This document shows, piece after piece, positions 29,519 through 43,849 of a DNA stretch of 64,000 nt (position 1 is its first letter; each line of letters opens with the position of its first letter). The stretch is from positions 106,268,001-106,332,000 of the forward strand of contig OZ024745.1 of assembly GCA_964016885.1 (NCBI GenBank). The letters run 5' to 3'. This DNA is from Eledone cirrhosa. Taxonomy: Eukaryota. Below the pieces are notes generated by a model. It made no database searches. It saw only the letters and a list, made by a program, of their open reading frames with translations, and had not been told where the DNA came from. The position numbers and the translations under genes were made by a program.

Positions 29519-30262
29519 GCAAAACGCTGGCTATGTAGAAAGCTATGGACAGAGACTTATGGACAGAGACCCAGAGAAGAAGACTTTTGCATAGTATCCC
29601 CACTTACAGGAAATAATAACCAAATATCTATTAAATCAAAACCAATATTTGAAAGTGAGTGGACACGTGGGATACCATATTCTAAGAAGGTATTGCCTGT
29701 TAAAATAAATTGGAACGTATCTGTTCAGATCTGACCAGGACATAAATTAAAACTATCTATGTCGTCTTCACCATAATGTAGTGGAAACCAAGGGAAATGA
29801 AATAATTCACTACGAGAACCAGAATGAGGTTCTCCTCACAATAAATACACTATCTCAATTTTGGTATTCATTTCTAGCACTGAAAAATTACTAAGAATTC
29901 TCAGGGCAAGAATACATTAGATTGAAATGAAACTGGGATGTTAGTGATACTTAGTTTATTATTCCATGAAGGATGAAAAGAAACGCCAGACTTCAGGTTT
30001 TCAATTCAGTAAAGACGTAAATAAATTCATGAAATTGACAGAATATATGAATTATGTATAAGACAATAAAAATATAACAATATAATGTTCCTGTTGTGAT
30101 GTACCATTTATTGTAACGGTTTACATAGGAGAATTGATTCACCAGCAGAAGTCAATGACCTAGTGCAGAAGTGTAGTTGTTGCTGAAAAATTGTATCTCC
30201 TTTTTTATAATAGTCAAATCTGACCTGCAATTTTACCAAAATCAATAACAGAAAATATAATG

Positions 30263-30445
30263 AATGTTTCTACTTTAGGCACAAGGCCAGCAATTACCCA
30301 GTACATTACTGGTACTTTATCGACCCCGCAAGGATGAAAGGCAAAGTTAACCTCGGCGGGATTTGAACTCAGACTGTAAAGGGACGTAACTATGCTAGAA
30401 AGCATGGCATCCAACCTTCTACCGATACTGCCAATTCACCGCCCT
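30263..30445 (-). mobile_element. SINE family A
   Basis: Full length, flanked by duplicated ATAACAGAAAATATAATGAATGTTTC. Confidence 0.85.
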
Positions 30446-30705
30446 AGAAAATATAACAGAAAATATAATGAATGTTTCATAGGCACTAGTCAGGATTTTA
30501 AGCAGTAATATCTATATAAACAAAATGAATGCAGTCATTAAGGGAGCCTGTACGTGGTTAGTAGCCGAATTTCTCTGAGATGACATCTTACAGCTTTCAA
30601 AAAAAGGACTTCTTAAACAATATAATAATAGAAAATATAACTGAAAAAAAAAATCATGAAATGACAAAACTGGAAAACTTACATTTATGAATCTATCTGC
30701 CCCAC

Positions 30706-30741
<36 letters not shown>

Positions 30742-31120
30742 ACACATACACACACACATGCACGCACGCACACACACACACACATACACACACACACACA
30801 CATATGTATATATACATAGATGTATATATATATATGTATATATCTATGTATAGATATGTATATGAATACGTATATAAATATACACACATATTTACATATA
30901 TTTATTTATGCAGTCACTGTATATTTTAGAAAATATCATATATTTTCACTAGCTCTGACAGTTGGCAAGTGATCAGAGAACTGCACTGATGAAGTCTCTG
31001 CAGTTCTGTTTACATACCAACACAAGAGCAAGAATGAAGGGTTCATTCTACTGACATGGCTTTAAAAAAGAGACTGTTTGCATAATTGCAAACGAATCGA
31101 ATATTATTATTAATATTCGA

Positions 31121-31305
31121 GGGCGGTGGATTGGCAGTATCAGTAGAGGGTCGGACGCCATGCTTTCCTGCATAGTTACGTCCCTTTACGATCTGAGTTC
31201 AAATCCCGCCGAGGTTGACTTTGCCTTTCATCCTTACGGGGTCGATAAAATAAAGTACCAGTAATGCACTGGGTAATTGCTGGCCTTGTGCCTAAAGTAG
31301 AAACA
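31121..31305 (+). mobile_element. SINE family A, full length with 15-bp TSD
   Basis: ATTATTAATATTCGA at 31106-31120 and 31306-31320; A and B boxes intact. Confidence 0.92.
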
Positions 31306-31491
31306 ATTATTAATATTCGAAAAACTCAGGTTACATTTATATATATATATATATATATATGGAAAATTATATTTAAAATTGTTGGGTTACAACTAGTAAA
31401 TATTTATAACTGATATAAAAGCACTCGACAAATACTTGGAGTATATTTACAATATTAAATAAATGGAAAACTATATTTATAAAACCATATT

Positions 31492-31557
31492 TATTTCATT
31501 ATATATATTTCGGGGATATCATATTAACAATATGCTATGCCTTCATCAGACAAAATA
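31492..31557 (-). ncRNA. Type I hammerhead ribozyme in a PLE pLTR copy (~31375-31630)
   Basis: TATTTTGT-CTGATGA-AGG..CATATT gtt AATATG..CCC-GAA-ATATATAT-A-ATGAAATA. Related to 43155 and 47733. Confidence 0.7.
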
Positions 31558-31927
31558 CAATATAAACAGTTTTATAGATAAATATATTCGACATACCGTA
31601 ATAAACATCAACTTCATTTGAAGAGGTTTACTCTAGCAGTGAAAATACAGAGAGAAAGAAAGAGAGAGAGAAAAGAGGGAAATAAGAAAGAAAGAAAGAC
31701 AAAACGAAGAAAAGGAAGAAAAAGAAGAAAAAGAAAAGAAGAAATGCATGGGACAAAATAGAGAGATGGAAAAATAGATAAAGCGAAGAGCTTCATGTAA
31801 AGAGACAGAAAGATATATATATATATAGAGAGAGAGAGAGGAAATAGAGATAGATACATATATAAATATAGATATAGAAAAATTAGGTAGTGGGAGGTCA
31901 TTTTGAGTAAGTGTATCAATGATGCAT

Positions 31928-31958
<31 letters not shown>

Positions 31959-32559
31959 GCTCAAGTATTAATGTAAGGGAGATATATAGAGAGATATAGA
32001 GAGAGAAAAAATTTAAAAATAGCCAGACATATTCGAGGCGTAGAAAACCCTATGTTTTAATGTATTAGTATTTATAAAACTTACACTATATTGTAAATAT
32101 CAGTATTCCTGAATGAAACAAGTATTCACAATGCGTGAAAATTCATTATCTTATGTTTAGTTTTTTAAAAAATTCATATGTCTATGTGAATTCAACTGAT
32201 TCACTCCGCAAATTCAAAGTTACCGGAAAACATTCTCAATGTGGTATAAAAATTTGAGCGTATTATTATTCTTGCGATTACTCTACAAGATTATCTATCA
32301 AGCAGAAATAGAGAGCAGATTTCAATATACTAATCGAAAATATATATTATAATATAAGCAGAGATAACAATAATAATGATAATAAGTAAAAATATATAAA
32401 AATATAAAAATATAGAATAGAAAACTAAAAAAGAATATTACGAAAGAATATTACATAATAAAAATATTGCATATTAAAAATACTACGTATTAAAAATATT
32501 ACGTATTAAAACTTTACATATAAAAAAAAAAAAAAAAAAAATATTAAAAATAAAAAAAT

Positions 32560-32785
32560 AAAAAATTTACATATAAAAATAAAAATAAAAATAAAAATAA
32601 AATAAAATAAAAAATAAAAATATTATAGAATACTACAATACTAAAAGAATAAAAATAAAAATAAAAATAAAAATAAAAATAAAAATAAAAATAAAAATAA
32701 AAATAAAAATAAAAATAAAAATAAAAATAAAAATAAAAATAAAAATAAAAATAAAAATAAAAATAAAAATGAAAATAAAAATAAA
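32560..32785 (+). repeat. (TAAAAA)n simple repeat
   Basis: Direct inspection. Confidence 0.9.
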
Positions 32786-33460
32786 CCACAAAGAACAACC
32801 CTTCAAAGTTAATTGACAATATATTGCCAAGTTCACTACAAGACAAAGCCAAAAATTATCTATCAAATCACATCTAGCAAGGAATATCGCAAAAAAGATT
32901 ATGATGTCCAATAATGTCTACATATGTTCCTATATTTAATATATAAGTTTATCAAGTGTAAGGTTAATTCAAAAAATTTGGAGCATCGGCTTTTAGGGTA
33001 GCTTAATTTTTCATGAGGAATGTTTAGATAAAAATAAAAATAAAAATAAAAATAAATAAGATAAAATAAACAATAAAAAGAGTAAAAAGAGGGAATCAAA
33101 GATTTAGGAATCAAAAGATTTATCGGCTAGTTCTCATATAAATATAAATCAAACTAAATATACTACATTTTAAATTTAAATTTATATTTAAACGTTGAGT
33201 TTAATCTATGTTTGCAACAACTGAATAAATTTGTCCGTAGGTTAAGGGAATTTTTAGATTTTAGTATAAAGAATATCTCCTCTGCGCAGAGGTCACATGT
33301 CTCAGAGGATGAATTAAAAGGAATCCCTCTTGAGACTATATTCCAAGCCGTCGAATATCTAACGTTATCTAGCTTAAGTTGCCAGAGTACACCTGATAGT
33401 GCCGTTGAAGACTAAACTTTAATCTATTATTTTAATAAATATATATATATATATATATAT

Positions 33461-33620
33461 AGCGAGGGAAAAGTGGTAAGGAACCAGGTGGACCATAACG
33501 CACCAAAGTACTCAATACTTGGGGTAGTAGAGTGGGTAATAGGAACCAGTAAGACCCCGACGGCTGTCCAGAATTAGCCGTCGAAACGGCTTGAGCTCAG
33601 CCGTCGGGGTCTTACTGGTT

Positions 33621-33623
<3 letters not shown>
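33461..33623. mobile_element. Fold-back element family B in (TA)n
   Basis: Same arms and tail as 25139. Confidence 0.8.
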
Positions 33624-33658
<35 letters not shown>

Positions 33659-34331
33659 TAAAAAAGGATAGATCCATTGGACATGATAATGCTTTCCTTG
33701 ATATACAAAAATACAGGATAGTCTTAATTATAATGCATTTGACCATAAGTCAGTTCAATCGTTGCTGACTAGGATTAAATAACAATAGCATTAATTGTAG
33801 CTGCTGACAATTCTAATGAGGTATGTCGCTAATAAGTAAGCCATTTTGAGTTACATACAAAATAAACTGCTAGCTGCATACCCATTTCAGAATGTCGGTT
33901 AATGATTGCAGAAAAGGCATGACATAATTTTCCATTTACCCCCCCCCCCCCCCCCATATACTATGGGGCTAGATGACTATATTAGAATTTGTTTTTATTT
34001 GTTATGTTATGTGTGACTTGTTTTATATAGATTAGTCAGAAAACGAAATGACCACCAAGCGCCGTTATGGATAGGGAGCCAGATTTTGATATCATCAGAC
34101 ACAAATAATGCTATTCTGGATACTAAAGGCACCCAAGGTAAACTCAATGACTGGTTGTCTTGTTGGTCAAGGTCAAGCAGGCATGAGTGAGTAGACATGT
34201 TATGAAAGCCACCGCAGTCGTGACGAACAATATTCTCATAGAATTACATTATGCAATCCCCTCTTTCTTATTTACGAACCGAATCTACGGTCTGGCTTGG
34301 TAGAGATTTGGTCAATATATATATATATATA

Positions 34332-34422
<91 letters not shown>

Positions 34423-34423
34423 G

Positions 34424-34470
<47 letters not shown>

Positions 34471-34507
34471 ATAATAATAAATTTGAAGACTAAACTTTAA
34501 TCTATTA

Positions 34508-34550
<43 letters not shown>

Positions 34551-34577
34551 CCAACTCGTGTGCTCCTTCTCCACATT

Positions 34578-34613
<36 letters not shown>

Positions 34614-34700
34614 ATAAATAAATATATATATATATATATACATATATGTGTATATATATATATATATGTGTGTGTGTGTCTTTCTTTTACTTTCTCTATG

Positions 34701-34778
<78 letters not shown>

Positions 34779-36097
34779 AAGGCGAATGACCAAATAGAGA
34801 CTCATTCATGTATTCGTTCTGTTGTTGTTGATGATGATGACGCTTTTTCTTTCTTTCTGTGTTATTTCTGGGTTTTATTTTTCCACCACTCAGGCCATGA
34901 ATATGCATGTGTACGTCTATTGACAGTAAATCAGCACTGGGTGCTAGCTGAATTAACCGGAAATATGTCTGCGTCCAACTATAAACCTAAATGTGTTTCT
35001 TTGTGGCTCTATGGCGTGTTATGCGTCCTACATGCTGTTTGTGCGTGCATATACCAATTTGCATGTGTGTGTGGTTTTGGGTATATATGCATGGAAATGT
35101 ATGCATATATTGTATATTATATAAATGCACGTATTTGTGTGTGCATTTATCTGAGTGTCTATGTGAGTGTGTTTATGCGCTTGTGTGTGTATGTTTGTGT
35201 ATGTCTGCCCATCTGTCTGTTTGTGTGTATGTTTGTGGGGGGCTGTATGTGTGTGTGGGAGTGTGTGTGTGTGTGTGTGTGCGCGTGTGTGTGTGTGTGA
35301 AACAGACCGAACTGATTTAGCGTATTGCATTACCAGTGACCGCCTTCTTCAAGCCAATCAGTGAATGTGTTAAGGTTGGAGGGGAAAAAGGTAAATTGAA
35401 CATATATAAATAAAAAAAATAAAGTATTAAGTGAAACCAAAAGGGAGAAAAATGTTGGAGAGTGGTGGAATCAGAAATGTCATGTCATGAGGGAGGGAGG
35501 GAAGAGAGGAATTGAAAGAAAACGTGTGTGTGTGTGTGGGGGGGGGGGGCTTTGTCAGAGAGAGAGAGTAGAGAGAGAGGAACGTGAGAAACTAAGTGTG
35601 AGGGTGCAACACAGATAGAGAAAAGGGGCAGAAAAGAATCTAGAGTGTTATAACAGCATGCTATAATAGTGAATGGAAAAGATACAAAATATATAATAGG
35701 TGAGAAGAGAAGAGAAGAGAGAGAAGAGAGAGAGGGGGTTGGAAAGAGAGAGATAGAGAGGGAGAAAGAGAGGGGGGAGAGAGAGAGAGTAAGAAGATGA
35801 GATGGAAGAGAGGGAGAAAGGAAGAAAAAGGGCACAAAAAGGAAACTGCAAAATTCACCTAATAATGATACTGGAAAGTTAATTAATTTCTTTGATTTAT
35901 GATCAGGGGGGGGGGGGGGGGGACTCTGTTAGAGATAAAGGATGGCGATGGTGGGTCCGCTTACATGGTGGTAATAATAACATCCTGTTTAGATATAATT
36001 AACGTTAATAACCAATTATTGGCTATGTCATTTCATTTACAGTTGACAGTTATTGTTTTTATTTCTTTATTATTGTATTTCGTTTTGACACACATAC

Positions 36098-36162
<65 letters not shown>

Positions 36163-36697
36163 CTGTGTGTGTGCGTGTGCGTGTGTGTAGGCACATGCAC
36201 ACACACACACACACACACATACACATACATAATCTCCGTTATAAACACACTCCCAGTCACATATACTATTATTCAGATCTAGAGATAACATTATACGAGA
36301 TTCGCGAGAGAGATATTTGTTATCGGGGATGTAAGTGAATATCTATGTAGTGGCATTATCGATGGATTGTTTTCTATTTATATTTCACTGAAATTAATAA
36401 TCTATGTTGGAATATAAGATAAGTTTATTTACTGATTGTATTTATGAATGTTCTCTTTGTGCTTTCTTTATTGATGTATGGATTTGTGTGTATTTCGATG
36501 TGTGCTATTATATAGGTACGTATACAAAAGTATATTTTGTGTAAGCTTGATTCCAATGATAAAGTAAATCAGGGAATCAATACAATCACTCAAGAGATAA
36601 CGGTAAAACGAAAAAAATATGACTTCGGTCTTTCGTTGTGGATAGAAACATAATGATTTTCTTCTAGTTTTAGAAGAGCCTTATATATATATATATG

Positions 36698-36798
<101 letters not shown>

Positions 36799-37006
36799 AT
36801 CAAAAGATGGTTAAAAGAGTTCCATGAATTTTATTATGCGCATCTCAAAAACAAATATCATCATGCAATAACATTTGCGTTTTCGTCAGATAAAATAGGA
36901 AATATGTCTGCGTCCAACTATAAACCTAAATGTGTTTATTTGTGGCTCTATGGCGTGTTATGCGTCCTACATTATGCTTTATTGTACTACAATAAAACTC
37001 ACCTCC

Positions 37007-37070
<64 letters not shown>

Positions 37071-37073
<3 letters not shown>

Positions 37074-37249
37074 CAAAGGAATTGTGGTAAGGAACCAGAT
37101 TGACCATAACGCACCAGATTACTCAATACTTAGTGTAGTAGAGTGGGAAATAGGAAAAAGTCTGACCTCGACGGCAGAGCTCAAGCCGTTTCGACTGGTA
37201 TTTCTGGACTGAAATAGCCGTCGAAATGGCTTGAGCTCTGCCGTCGGGG

Positions 37250-37251
<2 letters not shown>
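37071..37251. mobile_element. Fold-back element family B in (TA)n
   Basis: Same arms and tail. Other partial copies at 40291-40400 and 45439-45531. Confidence 0.8.
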
Positions 37252-37319
<68 letters not shown>

Positions 37320-37836
37320 CAAATTATAAAGTAAGAAGAAATAATAGACATACATATATACCTATTTTTTCCTCAATGTCCCGACTGTAGAGTTTCGAGG
37401 GTCAGTATGCAACAATCTTATATCATAGAGATGCAGCATTGTTGTGAGGTAAGCCAGCTTTTCAAGGGAACACCTCAAGGAAAGACCGCTTCCTGACACG
37501 TCCGTAGCAAGCGAGAACATCTCAGAAAGGCGGAGTGAGATATTATCACGTGATACACCGCTCAAGAACAAGGGATTTGTTCCCCTTTCTTGACCGGTGT
37601 ATCACGTGATAATATCTTTTTACGCCTTTCTGAGATGTTCTCGCTTGCTACGGACGTGTCAGGAAGCGCTCTTTCCCTGAGGTGTTCCCTTGAAAAGCTG
37701 GCTTACCTCACAACAATGTTGCATCTCTATGATATAAGATTGTTGCATACTGACCCTCGAAACTGTACAGTCGGGTTATTGAAGAAAAAATAGGTATATA
37801 TCTGTGTCTATTATTTCTTCTTACTTTATAATTTGT

Positions 37837-37874
<38 letters not shown>

Positions 37875-37926
37875 TATATGACCCCAACGGCAGAGCTCAA
37901 GCCGTTTCGACGGCTATTTCAGTCCA
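37205..37926. repeat. ~720-bp palindrome; inner arms each carry a U3-A8 HHR-like motif (37377-37472 minus, 37687-37775 plus)
   Basis: Inner arms ~255 bp. Symmetry extends through (TA)n into family B sequence. Motif CCC-TTGAAAA-G...CAACAAT/ATTGTTG...C-GAA-ACTGTACAGT-C-GGG. Confidence 0.85.
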
Positions 37927-38849
37927 TATATACGTACGAGAAAGAATACGTACAAAACATACGAGTAAGGTATTCTTACCTATACAAATAAGTAATGGTA
38001 TAAACATAAAATATACTTAGAGATTCTTTGCTTAAACTTTAATCTGTTATTTTAATAAATATTTGCTCTACGGTTCTTATGTATTTGATATAAATTTATC
38101 CTTATCGAGCCCTCTTTGGATTTTAGTCTTCACATTTATTATTATTACTATATATATATATATATATACATATATATAAGGATTTTTTAATACATTGATA
38201 TGTATATAAGTAACCGATATATTTTCCATTCTATGACCTTCCCTCCATACATTTAAAACACGCACCGTTTCTAATTGCAAGCAACTAACTGAAGTACTAT
38301 ACATATTTATGCCTTCCCCTGCTTGTTAATTCAACTAGTAATGAAAACCACCATCAGAATTGAGGCAGGACTTACACAGAAGAGAATATTAAGGGACTTT
38401 AACATGTATATTGGAAAAAGAACACTGAACTAGCGCTGTATAACATACTGTTTGTATTCGTGTAGGAAGGATTGTATCTTTAACTAAAATTTCTAGTCGT
38501 ATTGAATTGGAAATTATGTTAGCGATTCACATGCTTGTAGAATATTCGGCCGTTTACATATTCATTTAAAGTATTAGACATTCAAATGATTGAAAACTGA
38601 AGTTTTATCGTCGAACTCCACGAAAGATCCATCATGCAATCTATCACTTCATTATTAAAATAGTCGAACATGATGTTAATAATACTTGACTGTCATTTCT
38701 AAATGATAGATTGACCGCATAGATCTACGTTGTTTCTTTCTATATTGTTGAAGATTAAATCAGAGGAGTTAATTTGGAGGGTTAGAATTTACACCTTTAA
38801 GCTAAAATGTATTGAATCCTTCTTTGTCGGTTTCTATCCGTCTATATAG

Positions 38850-39006
38850 GGGGAGAATTAGTAGGGTCATTAGAACGTCAGATAGAATGCTTTATGGTAT
38901 TCACTCCGGCTCTCTGCTCTCTGAGTTCAAATCCCACGGGGGTCAACTTTGCCTTTCATCCTTTCGATGTCTATAAAAAAAAGTACCAGTCTAGTACTGG
39001 GGTCGA
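38850..39006 (+). mobile_element. Diverged SINE related to family A; another at ~44259-44440 (-)
   Basis: GAGTTCAAATCCC...CAACTTTGCCTTTCATCCTTTCG...AAGTACCAG. Confidence 0.65.
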
Positions 39007-39811
39007 TTTTTCCTCTATATCTCTTTCTCACTCCTTCTCTCTCACTTTCTATCTTTCTCTGGAAGAAATCTGCTGTACTCAGTCCTGGAGAAAGATGAGT
39101 TCCGCCAGGCTTAAAATGTCCAAGAAACGTCGTATGCCAATACGGCACCCCTACAACTCTCTCAGGAGTTACGAGACCATACCATACCATCTGTCTATAT
39201 AACAATGGATTTTACAAATTTCTTCTCTTTCCTTGATGGTGTATAATTAGAGAGGCGGCATTTCATGAAGTGGAATTGCTTTATTTTGGAAACCTCATTC
39301 ATTTATTGACTAGGTGGGCTAATTAGACTGTACCTTTTAATGCTTGAGTAAATAATTTCTAATGCCAATATGCCATCATCATCATCATCATCGTCGTCAC
39401 ATTCTTTGGCCTCACAAATTCTAGCCACAGTATCTCACCAAATTAAGGATATTTGGTACAGAAGAGAGATATAAGGAAAACTAAGATTTTCTAAACATAA
39501 AAAATGGCATTTACATACATAGCAGCAGAAGAGGCAAGAAGAGAATTGGTGAAAAAAAGTGGAGATATAGAAAGAGAATTAAAAAAAAAACGAGAGTGAG
39601 ACGGAAGACAACTGATAGAGTGAGAGAAAGAAAATAGTGACAGAGAGAAGGAGAGAGTCAATCAGGAAATACACAAGAGAAAAAGAAAAAGAGAGAGGAG
39701 GAATTAAGATCGATATGATTGAAACATAAAACATAATACAAATAAAAAAGAAAGTATTTTTTTTTCTTTCCAGTTGGAAAGCAGGAAGAAGGTGATTGGC
39801 AAGCTCCAACG

Positions 39812-39894
39812 TTGAACCGGTTAAACTCATACAACAATTGAACCGGTTAAACTCATACAAGAATTGAACCGGATAAACTCATACAAGAATTGAA
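39812..39894 (+). repeat. 26-bp tandem repeat, 3 copies
   Basis: TTGAACCGG(T/A)TAAACTCATACAA(C/G)AA. Confidence 0.85.
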
Positions 39895-40398
39895 TAAAAA
39901 AGAAAGAACAAGTGATCTAATTAAAAACTAATTGACCTAATTAAATCCGAATAACCTAGAAAATACAGGAATGCGAAGTCTGCAACAAGAGATGGTATTG
40001 TAATAGTTCATCTTAAGAGGATTAAATATCACAAAGGTAGCCTTTAGTTGTATTCTTAGGAAAGGGAACGTAATTCTAAGGTATCATATATTTTCGAAAA
40101 TTTGAGTAATAAATTGATAGTGTGGTTGTTTGTATATTTTATATATTTTTAGCACATAATTTTAGTAATGTATTTTTGTTTACAATTTATATGACTATTT
40201 ACACATCCATTCAGAGCTAATTCGAGTTCCTTTCACGTTGCTTTCAGGCGATTGATCGGTTGATTAGCGTGGTGAAATATATATATATATAGCTCAGCCG
40301 TCGGGGTCCTACTCGTTCCTATTACCCACTCTACTACCCTAAGTATTGAGTACCTTGGTGCGTTATGGTCCACCTGGTTCCTTACCACATCTCCATCG

Positions 40399-40462
<64 letters not shown>

Positions 40463-40534
40463 TGTATAGTTAGATGTAAGTGTATTCATGTATTAAAGTG
40501 CTTATATATATATGTATATGTATGTGTATATATA

Positions 40535-40594
<60 letters not shown>

Positions 40595-41322
40595 TATATA
40601 TGTATATGTATGTATATATGTGTATATAGATGTGTATGTATGTGTATGTGTGTACACATGAACTAGAGTAAGTATGTATATATGTGTGTGTCTATACGTG
40701 TGTATATAAAGATAAGTTGAGTATGAAAATGTATACACATGAGCGCGTATGTATGTACATGAATACATGTGTGTATATATATGTGTATGCATGTGTATAT
40801 ATATGTAAGTATGAATATATGAATTGTGAGTATATGTATTTTGTAGAGGTGTGCAAATATATTTGTGTGTGAATGCGTGGGTGAAAGGATACGTACACTT
40901 GAAAGAAAAATTTAAGTCTGAATGTTAATTAAGTGCAAACACAAAACCAACCACGCATATCTTTACTATCTCTAATCCTTCTATAGATTTAGAAAAATAA
41001 CCAATAATATATTCTATAAAAAATGTCAAAACAACAGATGGGAATCTAATTACTCACTGCCACCAAGAATTATCACTGCTATCGAAAAACCACTCCTTCA
41101 ACTATTCTTCTAACAACTTCACCCCTCCCTCCTAATATTCTCTATAAAAACTAAATAGGTCCTCAGTAATATTATTCTGATGAAATGACAGTAAATAATA
41201 ACATTGAAATATTGAATGTCTGCATAACTAAAAGTTTGTAGATAGCAGCTGTTTTAGGTTATGTAACTGTTATAGAAACACGTGTCAATAAATTCCTTTC
41301 AACTAAACTGTATCCATTCAAA

Positions 41323-41390
<68 letters not shown>

Positions 41391-41395
<5 letters not shown>

Positions 41396-43025
41396 TGGTT
41401 GTCCATCGTAATCGATGATGACATCTTTATTTTAGATCCCGTCTGCCATGGGCACGAAGATGGTTGTGGAGGCCGATCTTTGCCTTTCAAGTCCGGGGAC
41501 AGTGGGGGCAGGGGAAGAGACCGGAGTCGCTTGGCGCAGCTGTTGATGCCTTTCTCCTTCTTTCACGGGCCTCAGTGACATCTGCCCGTCTCTTCTCTTC
41601 AAAAGAGTCTTTAGTGCGTCTGGTAAGGGCTCGCCACTCAGTCCTGTCCTGAGCATGAGACTCGGGTTGTTTTGGTGCGATTCCAGTGTTGTTGAAACTG
41701 GATTTCACGCAGTCTTTGAACCTCTTGAGAGGCCTGCCCCGCTTTCGTTTCCCCGAACAGAGTTCCCTATACATCAGTTGCTTCGGAAACCAGTGATAGT
41801 CCATCCGGATGACATGTCCCATCCATCGAAGTTGGCTCTTCAGAATCATAGCTTCGACACTGGTTGTCTCAGCCATGTCAAGAACTTCGATGTTGGAGAC
41901 CTTGTCCTGCCATTTGATTTTCATGATTGACCGCAGGCTGCGCATGTGGAACCGTTCCGGCTGCTTCAGGTGCCTTCTGTACAGGGTCCATGTCTCAAAT
42001 CCGTAGAGGAGGCTGGTGTGAACAACGGCTCTGTACACATTGAGGTTGGTAGACTGCCTGATGGTGTGCTGGTTCAGGACGCGTGTCCTCAGGCGGCCGA
42101 GGGCTTGACTGGCCTTGCAGATTCTGGCGTTTATCTCCTTGTCGAGGCGTCCATCGCTGCTGATGACACTGCTGAGAGACTTGAAGTCATCCACCATCTC
42201 TAGCTGGGTGCCTCCGATGGAGATGGAAGGAGGGTGGGCGACGGAGTCAGGTGCAAGCTGGAACAGGACCTCAGTCTTGCCAAGGATAATTGTGAGGCCG
42301 GAGAGGCAGGAGGCCTCCGCGAACTTGTTGACGATGAGTTGGAGGTCAGCCTCCCTGTGGGCCATGAGGGCACAGTCGTCAGCAAAAAGTGCCTCCAGGA
42401 CGATCCTCTGCACGGTCCTTGTCTTGGCGGTCAGCCGCCGCAGGTCAAACAGGGAGCCGTACAGTCTGTATCACAGATACACCCCGAGCTCGAGGTCCCT
42501 GGCGGCATGATTGAGCACGCAGGTGAAGAACAGGATGAAGAGGACGGGAGCCAGAACGCATCCTTCCTTGACACCGTTAGTGATTCCGAACGGCTCCGAT
42601 GCCTCTACGCTCGAGCGCACCTTCCCGGTCATGTCGTCATGGAATTGCCGTATCAGGTTCACAAACTTTGTCGGGCATCCAAACTTCGACAGGATCGACC
42701 AGAGGGCTTCCCCATTGACAGTGTCGAATGCCTTCATCAAGTTTATGAAGACGGCACAGATACCCATGTTCTGCTCGACACACTTCTCCTGCACCTGGCG
42801 TACAGAGAAGATTATGTCGATCGTGCTGCGGTCTGGGCTGACGGGTCTGAAACCCCCCGGTGAGTTAGATAGGGGAAGCCTGCCCCTGCATGCGAAGACT
42901 GGACCCGGCGGAGTGAGTGGAGGAGGACAACATCGTCCCAACAGTCACGAAGGCGGCGACAGCAAGCGGTGTAGAGCGCTAGGGCACGGCAAGGTACTAC
43001 AGACGTTGCGGCCATCCACTGCAGC
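41391..43025 (-). mobile_element. RTE (BovB/Expander-like) LINE, internally deleted, frameshifted RT
   Basis: GFRP..STIDIIFSVRQVQEKC..FINLMKAFDTVN..GVKEGCVLAPVLF..LFADDCAL..RWMGHVIRM..CPHC. The segment 42855-43025 resembles an RTE 5'UTR. Flanked by (TA)n. Confidence 0.92.
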
Positions 43026-43109
<84 letters not shown>

Positions 43110-43154
43110 TATACAATATTAAATAAATGGAAACTATATTTATAAAACCATATT

Positions 43155-43220
43155 TATTTCATTATATATATTTCAGGGATATCATATTAACAATATGCTA
43201 TGCCTTCCTCAGACAAAATA
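43155..43220 (-). ncRNA. Type I hammerhead ribozyme, canonical core
   Basis: TATTTTGT-CTGAGGA-AGGcATAgCATATT gtt AATATGaTATcCCT-GAA-ATATATAT-A-ATGAAATA. Confidence 0.75.
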
Positions 43221-43303
43221 CAATATAAACAGTTTTATAGATAAATAGATTCGACATACCGTAATAACATCGACTTGCATTTGAAGAGGTTGATATGGCA
43301 GTC

Positions 43304-43334
<31 letters not shown>

Positions 43335-43347
43335 TCATATATGGCAG

Positions 43348-43383
<36 letters not shown>

Positions 43384-43728
43384 AGATATATCAGTCATAT
43401 ATGGCAGTCATATATATATATATATATATATATCAGAAGATATATATATATATATCAGAAGATCCCGTTAAGGGTGAAAGCAGCGATTCTTTGCTTAAAC
43501 TTTAATCTGTTATTTTAATAAATATTTGCTCTACGGTTCTTATATATTTGATATATATTTTCCTTATCGAGTCCTCTTTGGATTTTAGTCTTCAATTTTA
43601 TTATTATTACTATATGTATATATATACGAGTATATATACATAGATATATAAATGTCCTACAAGAGTATAAGGAAAAAAGATGAAATCGAAAATGCAACTG
43701 GAGTCTTTTTAAGAATATTTATTGGTTT

Positions 43729-43765
43729 CCTTTACCGGTTTCACAGTTCTTATGCTTTTCAAAAG
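43729..43765 (-). ncRNA. Hammerhead ribozyme, U3-A8 core variant (family E)
   Basis: CTT-TTGAAAA-GCA taagaac TGT-GAA-ACCGGT-A-AAG. Confidence 0.6.
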
Positions 43766-43812
43766 TAGAATTGAGATGGAGGGTTTGTGGTTTTTCTCGC
43801 ATCTGATGATGA

Positions 43813-43849
<37 letters not shown>

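Noticed and set aside
30977-31008. CTGATGA inside a hairpin
   Set aside because: No GAAA or stem III in the right place, so not a hammerhead.
31121-31215. SINE heads as tRNA genes
   Set aside because: A and B boxes are present but fused to a conserved non-tRNA body with TSDs.
33120-33415. 67-aa ORF, possibly a PLE N-terminal remnant
   Set aside because: Similarity is too weak to assign.
41173-41218. CTGATGA-AATG...CATT-GAAATATT hammerhead-like motif
   Set aside because: Stem I does not pair convincingly. Possibly a decayed copy; not counted.
43545-43612. TTGAAGA...GGAAA motif in a repeat also seen at 38090 and 34470
   Set aside because: Core varies between copies and stems I and III cannot be drawn.
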